This document shows, piece by piece, positions 39,299 to 49,170 of a stretch of 64,000 bases of DNA. The stretch lies in assembly GCA_963765575.1 (NCBI GenBank), contig CAVXWZ010000001.1:320001-384000 (forward strand), read 5' to 3'. Made by a program: the position numbers and the translations under genes. The stretch is from an uncultured cyanobacterium. GTDB taxonomy: Bacteria; Cyanobacteriota; Cyanobacteriia; PCC-6307; Cyanobiaceae. Within the stretch, counting starts at the first letter, position 1, and each line of letters starts with the position of its first letter. Below the pieces are notes generated by a model. It searched no databases and was not told where the DNA came from. It saw only the letters and a list, made by a program, of their open reading frames with translations.

Positions 39299-41026
39299 CT
39301 ACTGGCGGCCGAGGCTGCGGCCCATTCCCTGCAGGATGCCGCGCCCCACCAGGCCGATGGCCCGGCCCACCACCTGGGTGAGCAGCACCACCACCAGATC
39401 GCCGATTCCCTTGAGCAGGGAACGCAGCTGGGGGGCGATGGCGTCGCGGGTCTCCAGCGCCAGGGTCACGAGCTGCTGCAGCCCGGCCAGCCGGCGCAGC
39501 TCCCCATCCCGCGGCTCCAGAAGCTGCACGCTGGCGATGCCGGTGCCCTCGAGGGTGAGCAGCTGGCGGCGGCTTTCGTAGAGCGCGATCGGCCGCTCCA
39601 CCCAGCTCAGCCAGCGCTGCTGGGCATTGAGCTGGTTGCGCAGCCGCTCCAGGCTGCGGGTGGAGAGCAGTTCGGGGCGCAGCAGATAGCGGCGCAGCTC
39701 CGGCCAGGACCCGCAGCAGGCGAGCACATCGGCGGCCAGCAGCTCGGCGCTGCGCAGCAGCCAGTTGGCCACCAGCTGCTCGAGATGCAGCACCGCCCGC
39801 GGGTCATCCACCGGCAGCAGCTGACCATCCACCAGCAGCGGCCTGGCCAGCACCAGGGCGGCGAGCATCGGCTGGGCGTCGGGCAGTTCGGGATCGCCGG
39901 CCTGCAGGTCGCTGCCGCTCACCAGGGTGGCGGCCACCGGCTGCAGATCGCCCGCCAGGGGCAGCTGCACGTAGGGACTGGCCATCTGCCGCAGCGCCTG
40001 CTCCCGCAGTTCCGGTTGCAGGGCGCGCCAGCGCGCCATCAGGTCGAGGACGGCATGGCCTTCGCTGCCCCCCGGCCCGCTCGCCGGCCCGCCGGCCGCC
40101 ACTTCCGTGGCCAGCTGGCGGCGCAGGCGATCGAGTTGCTGCACCAGGGCGATCAACAGGTCGATGCGGCGGTCGTGGTTGAGACCGTCGATCGCCAGCA
40201 GCTGGCCACTGCGGTTGGCCAGGCCGGTTTCGATCGCCTGGGTGAGCCGCCGCTGCACCGTGTGCCAGATGCCGGCGGCATTGCGCTCGCGCAGGGTGAG
40301 GCTGCCGCCTGGGCCGGGCAGGTCGCCACCGCCGGCCAGCGACGACGGGGTTTCTGCCTGCAGCTCCGCCGGGCCGTTGGCCTGGGGTTCGCTCCAGGCC
40401 ATGCTCACCGGTCCCCACAGCCACAGCAGCAGCCGCCGGGCCCAGGCCAGTTCGCGCAGGCGGCCCTGCAGCATCAGCCGGGCCAGCGGATGGATGGCGG
40501 GGCGGGCCAGCAGCAGCTGGCAGCCGGCCATCGCCATGGCGATCTGATCCAGGCCGCTGAGCAGCAGGGCCTGGCCCAGGCCGACCTTGCCGGCCCCCAT
40601 CCCGCCCGCTGCCACCCCGCTCGCGGACGCTGCGCGCGCGGATTCAGCAGTGGCGGCGGGGCTGAGGTCGAGCACGCGGCCCCCGCCGCGCAGGGTGGCG
40701 ATGGCCTCCAGCAGCCGCTCGGGGCTGGGGTCCTCCAGCAGCCCCTGAGCGGGCAGTTGCAGCAGGGTCTCGCGGCTGAAGCCATGGCCGGCAGCGAGCA
40801 GCACCAGCAGGGGCGCTGGCTGCCAGCGCTCACGCAGCAGCGTGGCTTCCCGTCGCAGGCTGGCCGCAGCGGTGCCGCTGGCCGGGCGCCAGAGCAGCAG
40901 CGCCGGGGCCGACTGCAGATCGCCGACGCCCTCCACCACCGTGAGGTCGGGGAGGGCGTCGCGGAACAACCGTGTCAGGCCGGCGGCGAGCAGGGGTTCA
41001 GCGATCAGCAGGAGCTGGGTGCTCAC
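39299..41026 (-). CDS. DUF3685/Ycf55-like protein with degenerate N-terminal receiver-like domain
   Basis: STRSLERLRNQL, LALETRDAIAP, GRAIGLVGRGILQG. Confidence 0.8.
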   Translation of the reverse strand: MSTQLLLIAEPLLAAGLTRLFRDALPDLTVVEGVGDLQSAPALLLWRPASGTAAASLRREATLLRERWQPAPLLVLLAAGHGFSRETLLQLPAQGLLEDPSPERLLEAIATLRGGGRVLDLSPAATAESARAASASGVAAGGMGAGKVGLGQALLLSGLDQIAMAMAGCQLLLARPAIHPLARLMLQGRLRELAWARRLLLWLWGPVSMAWSEPQANGPAELQAETPSSLAGGGDLPGPGGSLTLRERNAAGIWHTVQRRLTQAIETGLANRSGQLLAIDGLNHDRRIDLLIALVQQLDRLRRQLATEVAAGGPASGPGGSEGHAVLDLMARWRALQPELREQALRQMASPYVQLPLAGDLQPVAATLVSGSDLQAGDPELPDAQPMLAALVLARPLLVDGQLLPVDDPRAVLHLEQLVANWLLRSAELLAADVLACCGSWPELRRYLLRPELLSTRSLERLRNQLNAQQRWLSWVERPIALYESRRQLLTLEGTGIASVQLLEPRDGELRRLAGLQQLVTLALETRDAIAPQLRSLLKGIGDLVVVLLTQVVGRAIGLVGRGILQGMGRSLGRQ

Positions 41027-41123
41027 GCGGCAGGGCCTGGCGTTGGCCCAGGCTACCGAGGGCGGCCAGGGGGGGCCAAGGCTGTCCGGTCAGTGCCGAA
41101 GGCGGTCAGCATGGCGCGGTCGA

Positions 41124-41600
41124 TCAGTGGCGCGGCCGGCCGGTGAGGTGGAGGGTGTAGGTCTCGATCCGGTAGCCGGTGTGCCGCTCGATCTGCTCCA
41201 GCAGCTCCGGCGGCAGCGCCACATCCAGATCGCGGATCGCCCCCGACTCCACGCAGGTGAGGTGGCTGTGGGGATCGCTGCGGTAGCCGTAGAGGCGGCC
41301 GCTGGCCCGGTCGAGGCATTCGATCACCCCGGCGGACTGCAGGGCTTCGAGGTTCTGGTAGACGGAGGTGTGGCCGATGTTGCGGCCGAGGTCGTTGAGC
41401 TTCTCGAAGATGTCGCGGGCGCTGAGGTGACTCTTCTCGCTCCAGAGCAGATCGAGCACCATGCGGCGCTGGCGGCTCAGGCGCATGCCCAGATCACGGC
41501 AGCGGCGGTAAACCTCGTCAACGCTCGCGCAGATCGGATCACTGGTGGAAGTGCCGGGCTGGATGCCGGTGGGCCCAGTTGTGGCGGGGGCGGCACTCAA
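41124..41600 (-). CDS. Fur-family transcriptional regulator
   Basis: GMRLSRQR, HLSA, TSVYQNL, HSHLTC. Confidence 0.88.
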   Translation of the reverse strand: MSAAPATTGPTGIQPGTSTSDPICASVDEVYRRCRDLGMRLSRQRRMVLDLLWSEKSHLSARDIFEKLNDLGRNIGHTSVYQNLEALQSAGVIECLDRASGRLYGYRSDPHSHLTCVESGAIRDLDVALPPELLEQIERHTGYRIETYTLHLTGRPRH

Positions 41601-41687
41601 GCGTGACAGCGGCTCTTGACACCGGCATCGGGACTGGTCCAGTTATAGGTCAACCCGCAATGACTCCGCCTAGGCGATGCCTCCCGC

Positions 41688-42461
41688 CTAGGCGATGCCG
41701 CCGCTGCCCGGCTGGTTGAAGACATCCTGCAGGCGCTCGCTGCCGATGGCCCGCAGGGCTTCGGCCAGATCCACGCGGCCGTCGTAGAGGGCCCGGCCCA
41801 CGATCACCCCCTCCACCCCCAGGGGTTCGAGGGCCAGCAGGGTGAGCAGGTGCTCCAGGCTGCCGATGCCGCCCGAGGCGATCACCGGCACGTCGCTGGC
41901 CTCGGCCATGGCGCGCAGGGCCTCCAGGTTGGGACCGGCCAGGGTGCCGTCGGTGGCGATGTCGGTGCTGATGATCGCGGCGATGGCGCTGCCGCTGAAG
42001 CGCCGGGCCAGGGCTGTGGCCTCGGTGCTGCTCTCCTCAATCCAGCCGCGGGTGGCGACGCGGCCGTTGCGGGCGTCGATGCCCACGACGATGCGGCCGG
42101 GGTGGCGGGCCGCCAGCTGGTCCACCAGCTCAGGCTGCTCCAGGGCCACCGTGCCCAGGATCACCCGATCGAGACCGCAGCCCAGCAGCTCCTCGGCGCG
42201 CTCGGCGCTGCGCACGCCGCCGCCGAGCTGCACCGGAATGTCCAGGGCGGCGGTGATCGCCTTGACCGCCGCATCGTTGCGCGGCAGGCCGCTGCGGGCG
42301 CCATCGAGATCCACCAGGTGCAGGCGCTCGGCGCCCTGCCGCTGCCAGTTCAGGGCCTGGGCCACCGGGTCGTCGCTGAAGCGCGTCACCTGGTCGTAGT
42401 CGCCCTGGTGCAGGCGCACGCAGTGACCGTCGAGCAGGTCGATGGCGGGGATGACGTGCAT
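41688..42461 (-). CDS. hisA: ProFAR isomerase
   Basis: IPAIDL, HLVDLDGA, QLGGGVR, TDIATDG, IASGG. Confidence 0.96.
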   Translation of the reverse strand: MHVIPAIDLLDGHCVRLHQGDYDQVTRFSDDPVAQALNWQRQGAERLHLVDLDGARSGLPRNDAAVKAITAALDIPVQLGGGVRSAERAEELLGCGLDRVILGTVALEQPELVDQLAARHPGRIVVGIDARNGRVATRGWIEESSTEATALARRFSGSAIAAIISTDIATDGTLAGPNLEALRAMAEASDVPVIASGGIGSLEHLLTLLALEPLGVEGVIVGRALYDGRVDLAEALRAIGSERLQDVFNQPGSGGIA

Positions 42462-42519
42462 CGCGGTCGTTGGGCGCTGAGCTTCTGACAGGCAGGCTGC
42501 CAGAGCCGGCGCCGCCGCC

Positions 42520-43521
42520 ATGGTGGTGGGCACGAGCGCGCCCCCCTTGGCCTTCCTGCTGGAGCTGGTGCCGGCCCTGGTCGTCGGTCTGTTGCTGGCG
42601 CGCCGGTACCAGGGGCTGGCCGCCCGGCTGGCGCCGCCGCTGATGCAGTGGGGGGTGCCGCTGAGCATCACCGCCCTGCTGCTGCGCAGCGGCCTGCACT
42701 GGCGCTATGGCGAGGTGCTGGTGCTCACCCTGGCGGCGGTGTTGGGCGCTCTGCTGCTGCTGGCGGGGGTGCCGCGGCTGCGGGCCCGGTTCAGCACGCC
42801 GCCCCAGCGCCTCGGGGCGGTGGTGGGCAACACCGCCTACTTCGGCATTCCCGCCGCCCTGGCGCTGCTGCCCGCCGGCGCCGTGGGCTACAGCATCAGC
42901 TACGACCTGGCCGCCACCCTGATCACCTGGTGCATCGGCCCCGCCCTGATCGGCCGGGAGGCCCTGCAGGCACCGCTGGTGCTGCGGGCGATGGTCGCCA
43001 GTCCGGCCACCCGGGGGTTGCTGGGGGCACTGGTGTTGCAGTGGACCCCCTGGCAGGCGTCGCTGGCCGCCGCCCTGTGGTGGCCGGCGCGGCTGGTGAT
43101 CTGGCTGTCGCTGGTGGTGGTGGGGCTGCGGCTGGGTCCGGCCCTGGGGCAGCGGCTGCCGCTGCGGCTGCTGCCGGCCCTGACGGTGAAGCTGCTGTTG
43201 TTTCCGCTGCTGCTGCTGGCGGGGGTGCAGCTGCTGGGCATTCCCGAGCCCGCCAGCTCGGCGGTGGTGCTGCAGGCGGCGGCGCCCACCGCTGTGTCGG
43301 TGTTGCTGCTTTCGGAAGCTGCCCAGGGCGATGGAACGGCTGCCGAGGGCGGGACGGCTGCCCAGGGCGGGACGGTTGCCCAGGGCGGGATGGTGAGCCC
43401 GCAAAGCGATGGGACGGTGTTCGAGGCCGCCGCCCTGGTGTTCTGGAGCACCCTGCTGGCCTTGGTCACGGTGCCGCTGTGGGCCTGGCTGCTGGGGGCC
43501 GGCCGAACCCCCGGGGCTTGA
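42520..43521 (+). CDS. AEC-family (auxin efflux carrier/MdcF-like) transporter
   Basis: GNTAYFGIP, KLLLFP, AAAPTA; about 10 TM segments. Confidence 0.8.
   Translation: MVVGTSAPPLAFLLELVPALVVGLLLARRYQGLAARLAPPLMQWGVPLSITALLLRSGLHWRYGEVLVLTLAAVLGALLLLAGVPRLRARFSTPPQRLGAVVGNTAYFGIPAALALLPAGAVGYSISYDLAATLITWCIGPALIGREALQAPLVLRAMVASPATRGLLGALVLQWTPWQASLAAALWWPARLVIWLSLVVVGLRLGPALGQRLPLRLLPALTVKLLLFPLLLLAGVQLLGIPEPASSAVVLQAAAPTAVSVLLLSEAAQGDGTAAEGGTAAQGGTVAQGGMVSPQSDGTVFEAAALVFWSTLLALVTVPLWAWLLGAGRTPGA
43342..43395 (+). repeat. In-frame 18-bp tandem repeat x3 in the AEC transporter
   Basis: GCCGAGGGCGGGACGGCT / GCCCAGGGCGGGACGGTT / GCCCAGGGCGGGATGGTG. Confidence 0.8.
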
Positions 43522-43560
43522 ATGGCGACCAGTTCGGACGGCCCGCCGGGCTGCTGCAGC

Positions 43561-44505
43561 ATGAAGATCCTGGTGATGGGGGGCACCCGCTTCGTGGGCC
43601 GGCCCCTGGTGCAGCTGCTGCAGGCGGCGGGCCATGAGCTCACCCTGTTCACCCGCGGCCGCAATCCACTGCCGGCGGGCGTGGAGTCGCTGGTGGGTGA
43701 CCGCAGCACGGCGGCGGGGCTGGCGGTGCTGCAGGGACGCCGCTTCGAGGTGATCGTGGACAGCTCCGGCCGCAGCCTCGACGACACCCGTGCCGTGATC
43801 GAGCGCACCGAAGCCCCCGCCCACCGCTTGGTCTATGTGAGCTCGGCCGGGGTCTACGCCGACAGCGAGCTCTGGCCGCTGGATGAAACCAGCCCCACCG
43901 ATCCCGCCAGCCGCCATGCCGGCAAGGCCGACACCGAGGCCTGGCTGCGCCAGCAGGGGATCGCCTTCACCAGCTTCCGGCCCACCTACATCGTGGGGCC
44001 CGGCAACTACAACCCTGTGGAGAGCTGGTTCTTCGATCGCATCGTGCACGGGCGGCCCGTGCCCCTGCCCGCTGATGGCAGCACCATCACCCAGCTGGGT
44101 CACGTGCGCGACCTGGCCACCGCCATGGCCCGCTGCATCGAGGTGGAGGCGGCGGCGAACCGCATCTACAACTGCAGCGGCCGCCAGGGGGTGACCTTCC
44201 GCGGCCTGGTGGCCGCCGCCGCCCGTGCCGCCGGCCGGGATCCGGCCAGCGTGGAGATCCGCAGCTTTGATCCGAGCCGCCTCGATGCCAAGGCGCGCAA
44301 GGCCTTTCCCCTGCGTCTGGCCCACTTCCTCACCGACATCACGCGGGTGCGGCGGGAACTGGCCTGGGAGCCCGCCTTCGACGTGGAGGCCACCCTGGCG
44401 GACAGCTACGCCAACGACTACGCCCTGCGCCAGCCCAGCGCCCCCGATTTCAGCGGCGACGACGCCCTGCTCAGCCCCGCCGCAGGTAGCCCCAGGCCGA
44501 GCTGA
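43561..44505 (+). CDS. NAD-dependent epimerase/dehydratase family, CSP41-like
   Basis: GGTRFVG, YVSSAGVY, RPTYIVGP, FFDRI, AFPLR. Confidence 0.85.
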   Translation: MKILVMGGTRFVGRPLVQLLQAAGHELTLFTRGRNPLPAGVESLVGDRSTAAGLAVLQGRRFEVIVDSSGRSLDDTRAVIERTEAPAHRLVYVSSAGVYADSELWPLDETSPTDPASRHAGKADTEAWLRQQGIAFTSFRPTYIVGPGNYNPVESWFFDRIVHGRPVPLPADGSTITQLGHVRDLATAMARCIEVEAAANRIYNCSGRQGVTFRGLVAAAARAAGRDPASVEIRSFDPSRLDAKARKAFPLRLAHFLTDITRVRRELAWEPAFDVEATLADSYANDYALRQPSAPDFSGDDALLSPAAGSPRPS

Positions 44506-45064
44506 GCGCCAGCAGCAGCGAGGGCCAGAACAGCCAGTAGCCCAGCTGATGCAGGGCCAGGGGCAGGTCTATGGGCAGGCCTGATGGCCCAGCGGCAGCG
44601 AGTCGCCAGCTGCAGGGCCAGAGCAGCAGCAGCAGGCTGCTGAACTGCAGCACGGTCTTGGCCTTGCCGCCCAGGGAGGCGGGGCCGCCGCCGCTGGCCC
44701 CGGAGCGCCAGCCGGAGATCAGCAGTTCGCGGCCCAGCAGCAGCCAGATCGCCCAGAGCGGCAGCTGCTGGGGCCAGGCCGGCTGGGCGCCGAGCCAGAG
44801 CAGGGGAGCGGCGATCAGGATCTTGTCGGTGAGGGGATCGAGGCGCGCCCCCCAGCTCGTGCCGCCGCCGGCGCGGCGTGCCAGCCAGCCATCAGCGCCG
44901 TCGCTGAGGCCGCCCAGCACCAGCAACCACCAGGCCCACGCGGCCCAGCCGGCGCCGAGGGCCAGGATCAGCGGCAGGCCCAGCAGCGCCCGGCCCACGG
45001 TGAGGCCATTGGCCAGCCGGCGCAGGTGGGCCCCGGCGTGCTGCGGTGGATCGACGCGGCCCAT
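44471..45064 (-). CDS. pgsA: CDP-alcohol phosphatidyltransferase
   Basis: DGADGWLARR...GARLDPLTDK. Confidence 0.82.
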   Translation of the reverse strand: MGRVDPPQHAGAHLRRLANGLTVGRALLGLPLILALGAGWAAWAWWLLVLGGLSDGADGWLARRAGGGTSWGARLDPLTDKILIAAPLLWLGAQPAWPQQLPLWAIWLLLGRELLISGWRSGASGGGPASLGGKAKTVLQFSSLLLLLWPCSWRLAAAGPSGLPIDLPLALHQLGYWLFWPSLLLALSSAWGYLRRG

Positions 45065-45153
45065 CGCGGCTGGCGGCTGCTGGGGCGCCCATTGTGAAGG
45101 CGGCGCCTTCCCAGGCCCAGAATGGTTCCACCGTTCTTCCGCCCCCTGCCGCC

Positions 45154-45618
45154 GTGGTGCAACAGCCCGTCTCCGCCGTGATGACCACCCCGGTGCTCAG
45201 TGTCACGGTCGACACGCCCCTGCAGAACGCCGTGAAGCTGCTCAGCGATCACCACATCAGCGGCCTGCCGGTGGTGGATGCCGACGGGGCCCTGGTGGGG
45301 GAACTGACCGAGCGCGACCTGATGGTGCGCGAGAGCGGCTTCCAGCCGGGCCCCTACGTGATGCTGCTCGATGCGGTGATCTACCTGCGCAACCCGCTCA
45401 ACTGGGATCGGGAGGTGCACCAGGTGCTGGGCAGCACCGTGGGCGAGGTGATGAACCGCAACCCCCACAGCTGTGCGGCCTCGCTGGGTCTGCCGGCGGC
45501 GGCAGGCCAGCTGCATGAGGGCGCCACCCAGCGGTTGTTCGTGCTCGACGACGCCCGCCGACCGCTGGGCGTGCTCACCCGCGGCGACGTGGTGCGGGCC
45601 CTGGCCGCCGGCGCCTGA
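45154..45618 (+). CDS. CBS-domain pair protein
   Basis: VMT.PV, ISGLPVVD, GVLTRGD. Confidence 0.85.
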   Translation: MVQQPVSAVMTTPVLSVTVDTPLQNAVKLLSDHHISGLPVVDADGALVGELTERDLMVRESGFQPGPYVMLLDAVIYLRNPLNWDREVHQVLGSTVGEVMNRNPHSCAASLGLPAAAGQLHEGATQRLFVLDDARRPLGVLTRGDVVRALAAGA

Positions 45619-46270
45619 ACGGCTCAGGGGCCGCTGGGCCCCAGGCCACCACGGCAGAGTCGGCCACCAGCCAGCACTGCTCCCGGGGGTTGATGGGGTG
45701 GCCGCCGGTGAGATCCCCGAAGGCCGGCAGCGCCAGCCGCTGCTGCTGGGGGTCGTAGCTGAAGCAGGGCAGCCGCAGCCGGTCGGCGCCGCGGCCGACC
45801 AGGGCCACCGGGTGCAGATGGCCGCAGATGTTGAGCTGGCCGGGCCGCGGCTCGGGTGCATGGCTGAGCCACCAGGGGCCGAGCTCCTGGCTGGGTTGCT
45901 GGGGCAGCCCGGCGATCCAGCTGCCGCGCTCATGGTTGCCCCCCACCAGCTCCAGCGGACAGTCCAGCAGCTCCGGCAGGGCCGCGAGCTTGGCGCGCAG
46001 CTCGGCGGTGAGGCCCAGGCGGCTGTGGATCAGGTCGCCCAGCACCAGCACCCGCTGGGGCCGCAACCGGTGCGCCAGCTCCAGCAGACGGTTGACGTTG
46101 CCGGCATCGCCATCGCTGGGCAGGGCCACGCCGTGGGCCTGGAGGGTTTCGGCCTTGCCCAGGTGCACATCGGCCAGCAGCAGCACGCGGCGCCGGGGGT
46201 CGAAGGCGGCCCGGTCGCTGAGCAGCTGCAGCTCCTCCCCCTGCCATTGGAAGCCAGTGCTGCTGTTCAC
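45575..46270 (-). CDS. pdeM: Ligase-associated DNA damage response metallophosphoesterase/endonuclease (PdeM/MPE)
   Basis: DVHLGK, GDLIH, GNHE, SH, GHLHP, LPAFG. Confidence 0.88.
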   Translation of the reverse strand: MNSSTGFQWQGEELQLLSDRAAFDPRRRVLLLADVHLGKAETLQAHGVALPSDGDAGNVNRLLELAHRLRPQRVLVLGDLIHSRLGLTAELRAKLAALPELLDCPLELVGGNHERGSWIAGLPQQPSQELGPWWLSHAPEPRPGQLNICGHLHPVALVGRGADRLRLPCFSYDPQQQRLALPAFGDLTGGHPINPREQCWLVADSAVVAWGPAAPEPFRRRRPGPAPRRRG

Positions 46271-46878
46271 CGCGGGCCGATGGCGCGCTGGTAGGCGGGG
46301 CGGGCCTGGGTGGCGGCGATGGTGGCCTGCACGTGGGGCCAGGGGCTGAGGTCGATCTCGGGGAAAAAGATGGGCAGGTAGGCCAGGTAGGCCTGCACGG
46401 CGCAGTCGGCGGCACCCCAGCACTCGCCCACCAGCGGCCCGCCGCCGGCCAGCTGGTCGTTGAGCACGCCCATCAGGCGCGGGAATTCGCGCTCGCGGTT
46501 GCTGGCCACGAACAGGGCCACCGCCAGGGTGGAGTTGGCGAACAGCAGCCACTGGGCCACCAGCGCCCGGCGGGCGGCCCCCTGCTCCGCGTCAGCCACC
46601 GCCGGGCCCGTGAACTCGCCGCCGTAGCGCTCGGCCAGGAACAGCAGGATGGCGCCGCTCTCGAACAGCTGCAGCGCTCCGCCGCCGGGTGCCTCCAGGC
46701 TGTCGTCGGCCAGGGCCGGCAGCTTGGCGAAGGGGTTGATGGCGGTGAAGGCCGGCTGGCGGTGTTCGCCCGCCTGCAGATCCAGCTCGATCAAGCGGTA
46801 GGGGATTCCCTTCTCCTCCAGATACCAGCGCGGCATGGAGGCGCGGGTGCGGGCGCCGCCGTAGAGGGTGAGGGTCAC
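46267..46878 (-). CDS. Glutathione S-transferase
   Basis: RWYLEEKG, INPFAKLP, LFESGAI. Confidence 0.9.
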   Translation of the reverse strand: MTLTLYGGARTRASMPRWYLEEKGIPYRLIELDLQAGEHRQPAFTAINPFAKLPALADDSLEAPGGGALQLFESGAILLFLAERYGGEFTGPAVADAEQGAARRALVAQWLLFANSTLAVALFVASNREREFPRLMGVLNDQLAGGGPLVGECWGAADCAVQAYLAYLPIFFPEIDLSPWPHVQATIAATQARPAYQRAIGPR

Positions 46879-47000
46879 GGACTGGCGGCAGGGCGGCGGC
46901 CAGCCTATGGGCGTAGGGCGCCAGGCAGAGGCGCCAGCAGAGGGCGGCGCCCGCCGGGTTGCGGCCACACAATCGGAATGGCGGCAGCGAGCGAGGGCCG

Positions 47001-49148
47001 ATGGCGAATCCCGAAACCAACCCTGACCCAGTCAGCGATCCAGCCAGCGGCCCCGATGCCCGCCAGCAGGCCTGTCTGCTGACGCTCGCGCCCCATCTGC
47101 TGGGGCGGGCGCGGCGCGGCGTGGTGGGCAGCAGCCGCTATGCCGAGCGCCTGCGCGAGGCCGTGCGCCAGGCGGCCGGCGACCCCCAGGCCCGGCCGGT
47201 GCTGATCAGCGGCGAGCCGGGGCTGGAGAAGGACAACCTCGCTGCCCTGATCCACTTCGGCAGTGCGCGGCGCCGCCGGCTGCTGGCCCGCATCGATGCC
47301 GTGAGCCTGGGCGAGGAAGGGGTCGCCCTGTTTGGCAGCGCCTCTTCGGGTGGCGACGGCTCCCTGCTGGATTGTCTCGGCGATGGCGCCCTGCTGATCG
47401 ACAACCTCGATCGCGCCGATGCCCGCCTGCGGCCCCGTCTGCTGGAGCTGCTGCGCAGCGGCCGCTGGCGGGCGCCCGGGGCCGGCAGCCGGGAGCGGCA
47501 CTTCAGGGGCCGGCTGTTCTGCACCACCGAATCGGCCCTGCCGGAGTTCGACTGCTGGGCCGCCGTGATCCGGGTGCCGCCGCTGCGGGTGCGGCGCCAG
47601 GACCTGGGCGAATGGCTGCGCTACGGCCTCTGCCAGCAGGCACGCCGGCTGGGCTGGAGCAGTCCGCCGCGGGTGAGCGAGGCGGCGGTGAAGCGGCTGC
47701 AGAACCACGACTTCCCCGGCAACGTGCGCGAGTTGGAGGGACTGATCGAGCGGGCCCTGCGCCAGTGCGCCGCCGAGCGGCCGGCGGAACTGCCGGAGGA
47801 GGCCTTCTGGACCGGGTCGCGCACGGCGCCGGCGCGGTTTGACCTCTGGCGCTGGAAACCCCGGCTGCGCTTCTGGATGCGCGCGCCGCGGCTGTGGAAC
47901 ACCCTGCTGTTCGGCCTGGTGAGCTGGCTGTTCGTGCTGGTCAACCTGTGGCTCTGGCTCGGCCCCCAGGACCGGGCCCACAACGGCGCCCTCAACCTCT
48001 TCTGGGCCTGGTGGTGGCCCCTGATCCTGCTCGGCTTCCCGCTGGTGGGGCGGCTGTGGTGCTCCTTCTGCCCCTTCATGGTGTGGGGTGAGATCAGCCA
48101 GCGCCTGGCCCGCCGCCTGGGCTGGCAGCCGCGCCCCTGGCCGCGGGGCGACAGCGACCGCTGGGCGGCACCGCTGCTGGCGGCCGGCTTCGCCCTGATC
48201 CTGCTCTGGGAGGAGGTGTGGGACATGGAGAACAGCGCCTGGCTGAGCAGTTGCCTGTTGCTGGCGATCACCGCCGGGGCGGTGTTGGGGTCGCTGCGCT
48301 TCGAGCGGCGCTTCTGGTGCCGGTTCCTCTGCCCGGTGGGGGGCATGAACGGGCTGTTCGCCAAGCTCTCGATCCTGGAACTGCGCGCCGAGGCCGGCAC
48401 CTGCAGCGGCAGCTGCAGCAGCTATGGCTGCTTCAAGGGCGGCCCGGCGGTGGGGGAGGGTCTGGCCACCGCCGGCTGCCCCCTGGGCACCCACCCCGCC
48501 CACCTGGCCGACAACCGCAACTGCGTGCTCTGTCTCACCTGCGCGGCCGCCTGTCCCCACCGCTCGGTGCAGCTGCGCCTGCGTCCCCCCGCCGCCGACC
48601 TGCAGCGGGAGATGCAGCCGCCGGCCGGCGAAGCCGGGCTGATCCTGGTGCTGGCCGGCGGCATCGTGCTGCACCACTGGCAGCGGCTGCTGGGCGGCTT
48701 GCCCCTGGCACCTGCCAGCCTGCAGCAGGGGCCGCTGCTGCCGCGGCTGGCCTTCGCCGCCCTGGCCCTGGCCCTGCCCGGCCTGGTGTTTCTGCTCAGC
48801 CGTCCCCTGCTGGCGGCCCGGCAGCGGCGCCTGCTGCTCTATGCCCTGCTGCCGCTGCTCTGGGCCCTGCTGCTGGCCCGCCACCTGCCCCTGGGCCTGG
48901 CCGAAGCGGGGCAGCTGCTGGCGGTGAGCCTGGGGCCGCTGGCGACCGGCCTCGCCCATTGGCCGTCCTGGAGCGCTGACCCCCACGTGATCGGCTTCTG
49001 CCAGAGCGCAGCAGTGTTGCTGGGTCTGGCCTGGGTGGTGCCGCTGCTGCGGCGGCTGTGGCCGGCGCCGCGCCTGCAACTGGCGGGGCTGGCCGTCGCT
49101 GTGGTGCTGGCGGCCGGCGGCCGCTGGCTGGTGGCCCTGCCGGGATAA
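47001..49148 (+). CDS. Fusion of a degenerate sigma54-activator-type AAA+ domain and a membrane polyferredoxin (NapH/MauN/FixG-like)
   Basis: VLISGEPGLEKD, VPPLRVR, FPGNVREL, no GAFTGA; GRLWCSFCP, WCRFLCP, CVLCLTCAAACP. Confidence 0.8.
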   Translation: MANPETNPDPVSDPASGPDARQQACLLTLAPHLLGRARRGVVGSSRYAERLREAVRQAAGDPQARPVLISGEPGLEKDNLAALIHFGSARRRRLLARIDAVSLGEEGVALFGSASSGGDGSLLDCLGDGALLIDNLDRADARLRPRLLELLRSGRWRAPGAGSRERHFRGRLFCTTESALPEFDCWAAVIRVPPLRVRRQDLGEWLRYGLCQQARRLGWSSPPRVSEAAVKRLQNHDFPGNVRELEGLIERALRQCAAERPAELPEEAFWTGSRTAPARFDLWRWKPRLRFWMRAPRLWNTLLFGLVSWLFVLVNLWLWLGPQDRAHNGALNLFWAWWWPLILLGFPLVGRLWCSFCPFMVWGEISQRLARRLGWQPRPWPRGDSDRWAAPLLAAGFALILLWEEVWDMENSAWLSSCLLLAITAGAVLGSLRFERRFWCRFLCPVGGMNGLFAKLSILELRAEAGTCSGSCSSYGCFKGGPAVGEGLATAGCPLGTHPAHLADNRNCVLCLTCAAACPHRSVQLRLRPPAADLQREMQPPAGEAGLILVLAGGIVLHHWQRLLGGLPLAPASLQQGPLLPRLAFAALALALPGLVFLLSRPLLAARQRRLLLYALLPLLWALLLARHLPLGLAEAGQLLAVSLGPLATGLAHWPSWSADPHVIGFCQSAAVLLGLAWVVPLLRRLWPAPRLQLAGLAVAVVLAAGGRWLVALPG

Positions 49149-49170
49149 TGACCTGAACGCCACCACCGCG

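Noticed and set aside
41616..41649. TTGACA...TATAGG plus-strand promoter antisense to hisA
   Set aside because: The 22-nt spacing is too long for a sigma70 promoter; the AT-rich patch is better explained as the promoter of the Fur-family gene.
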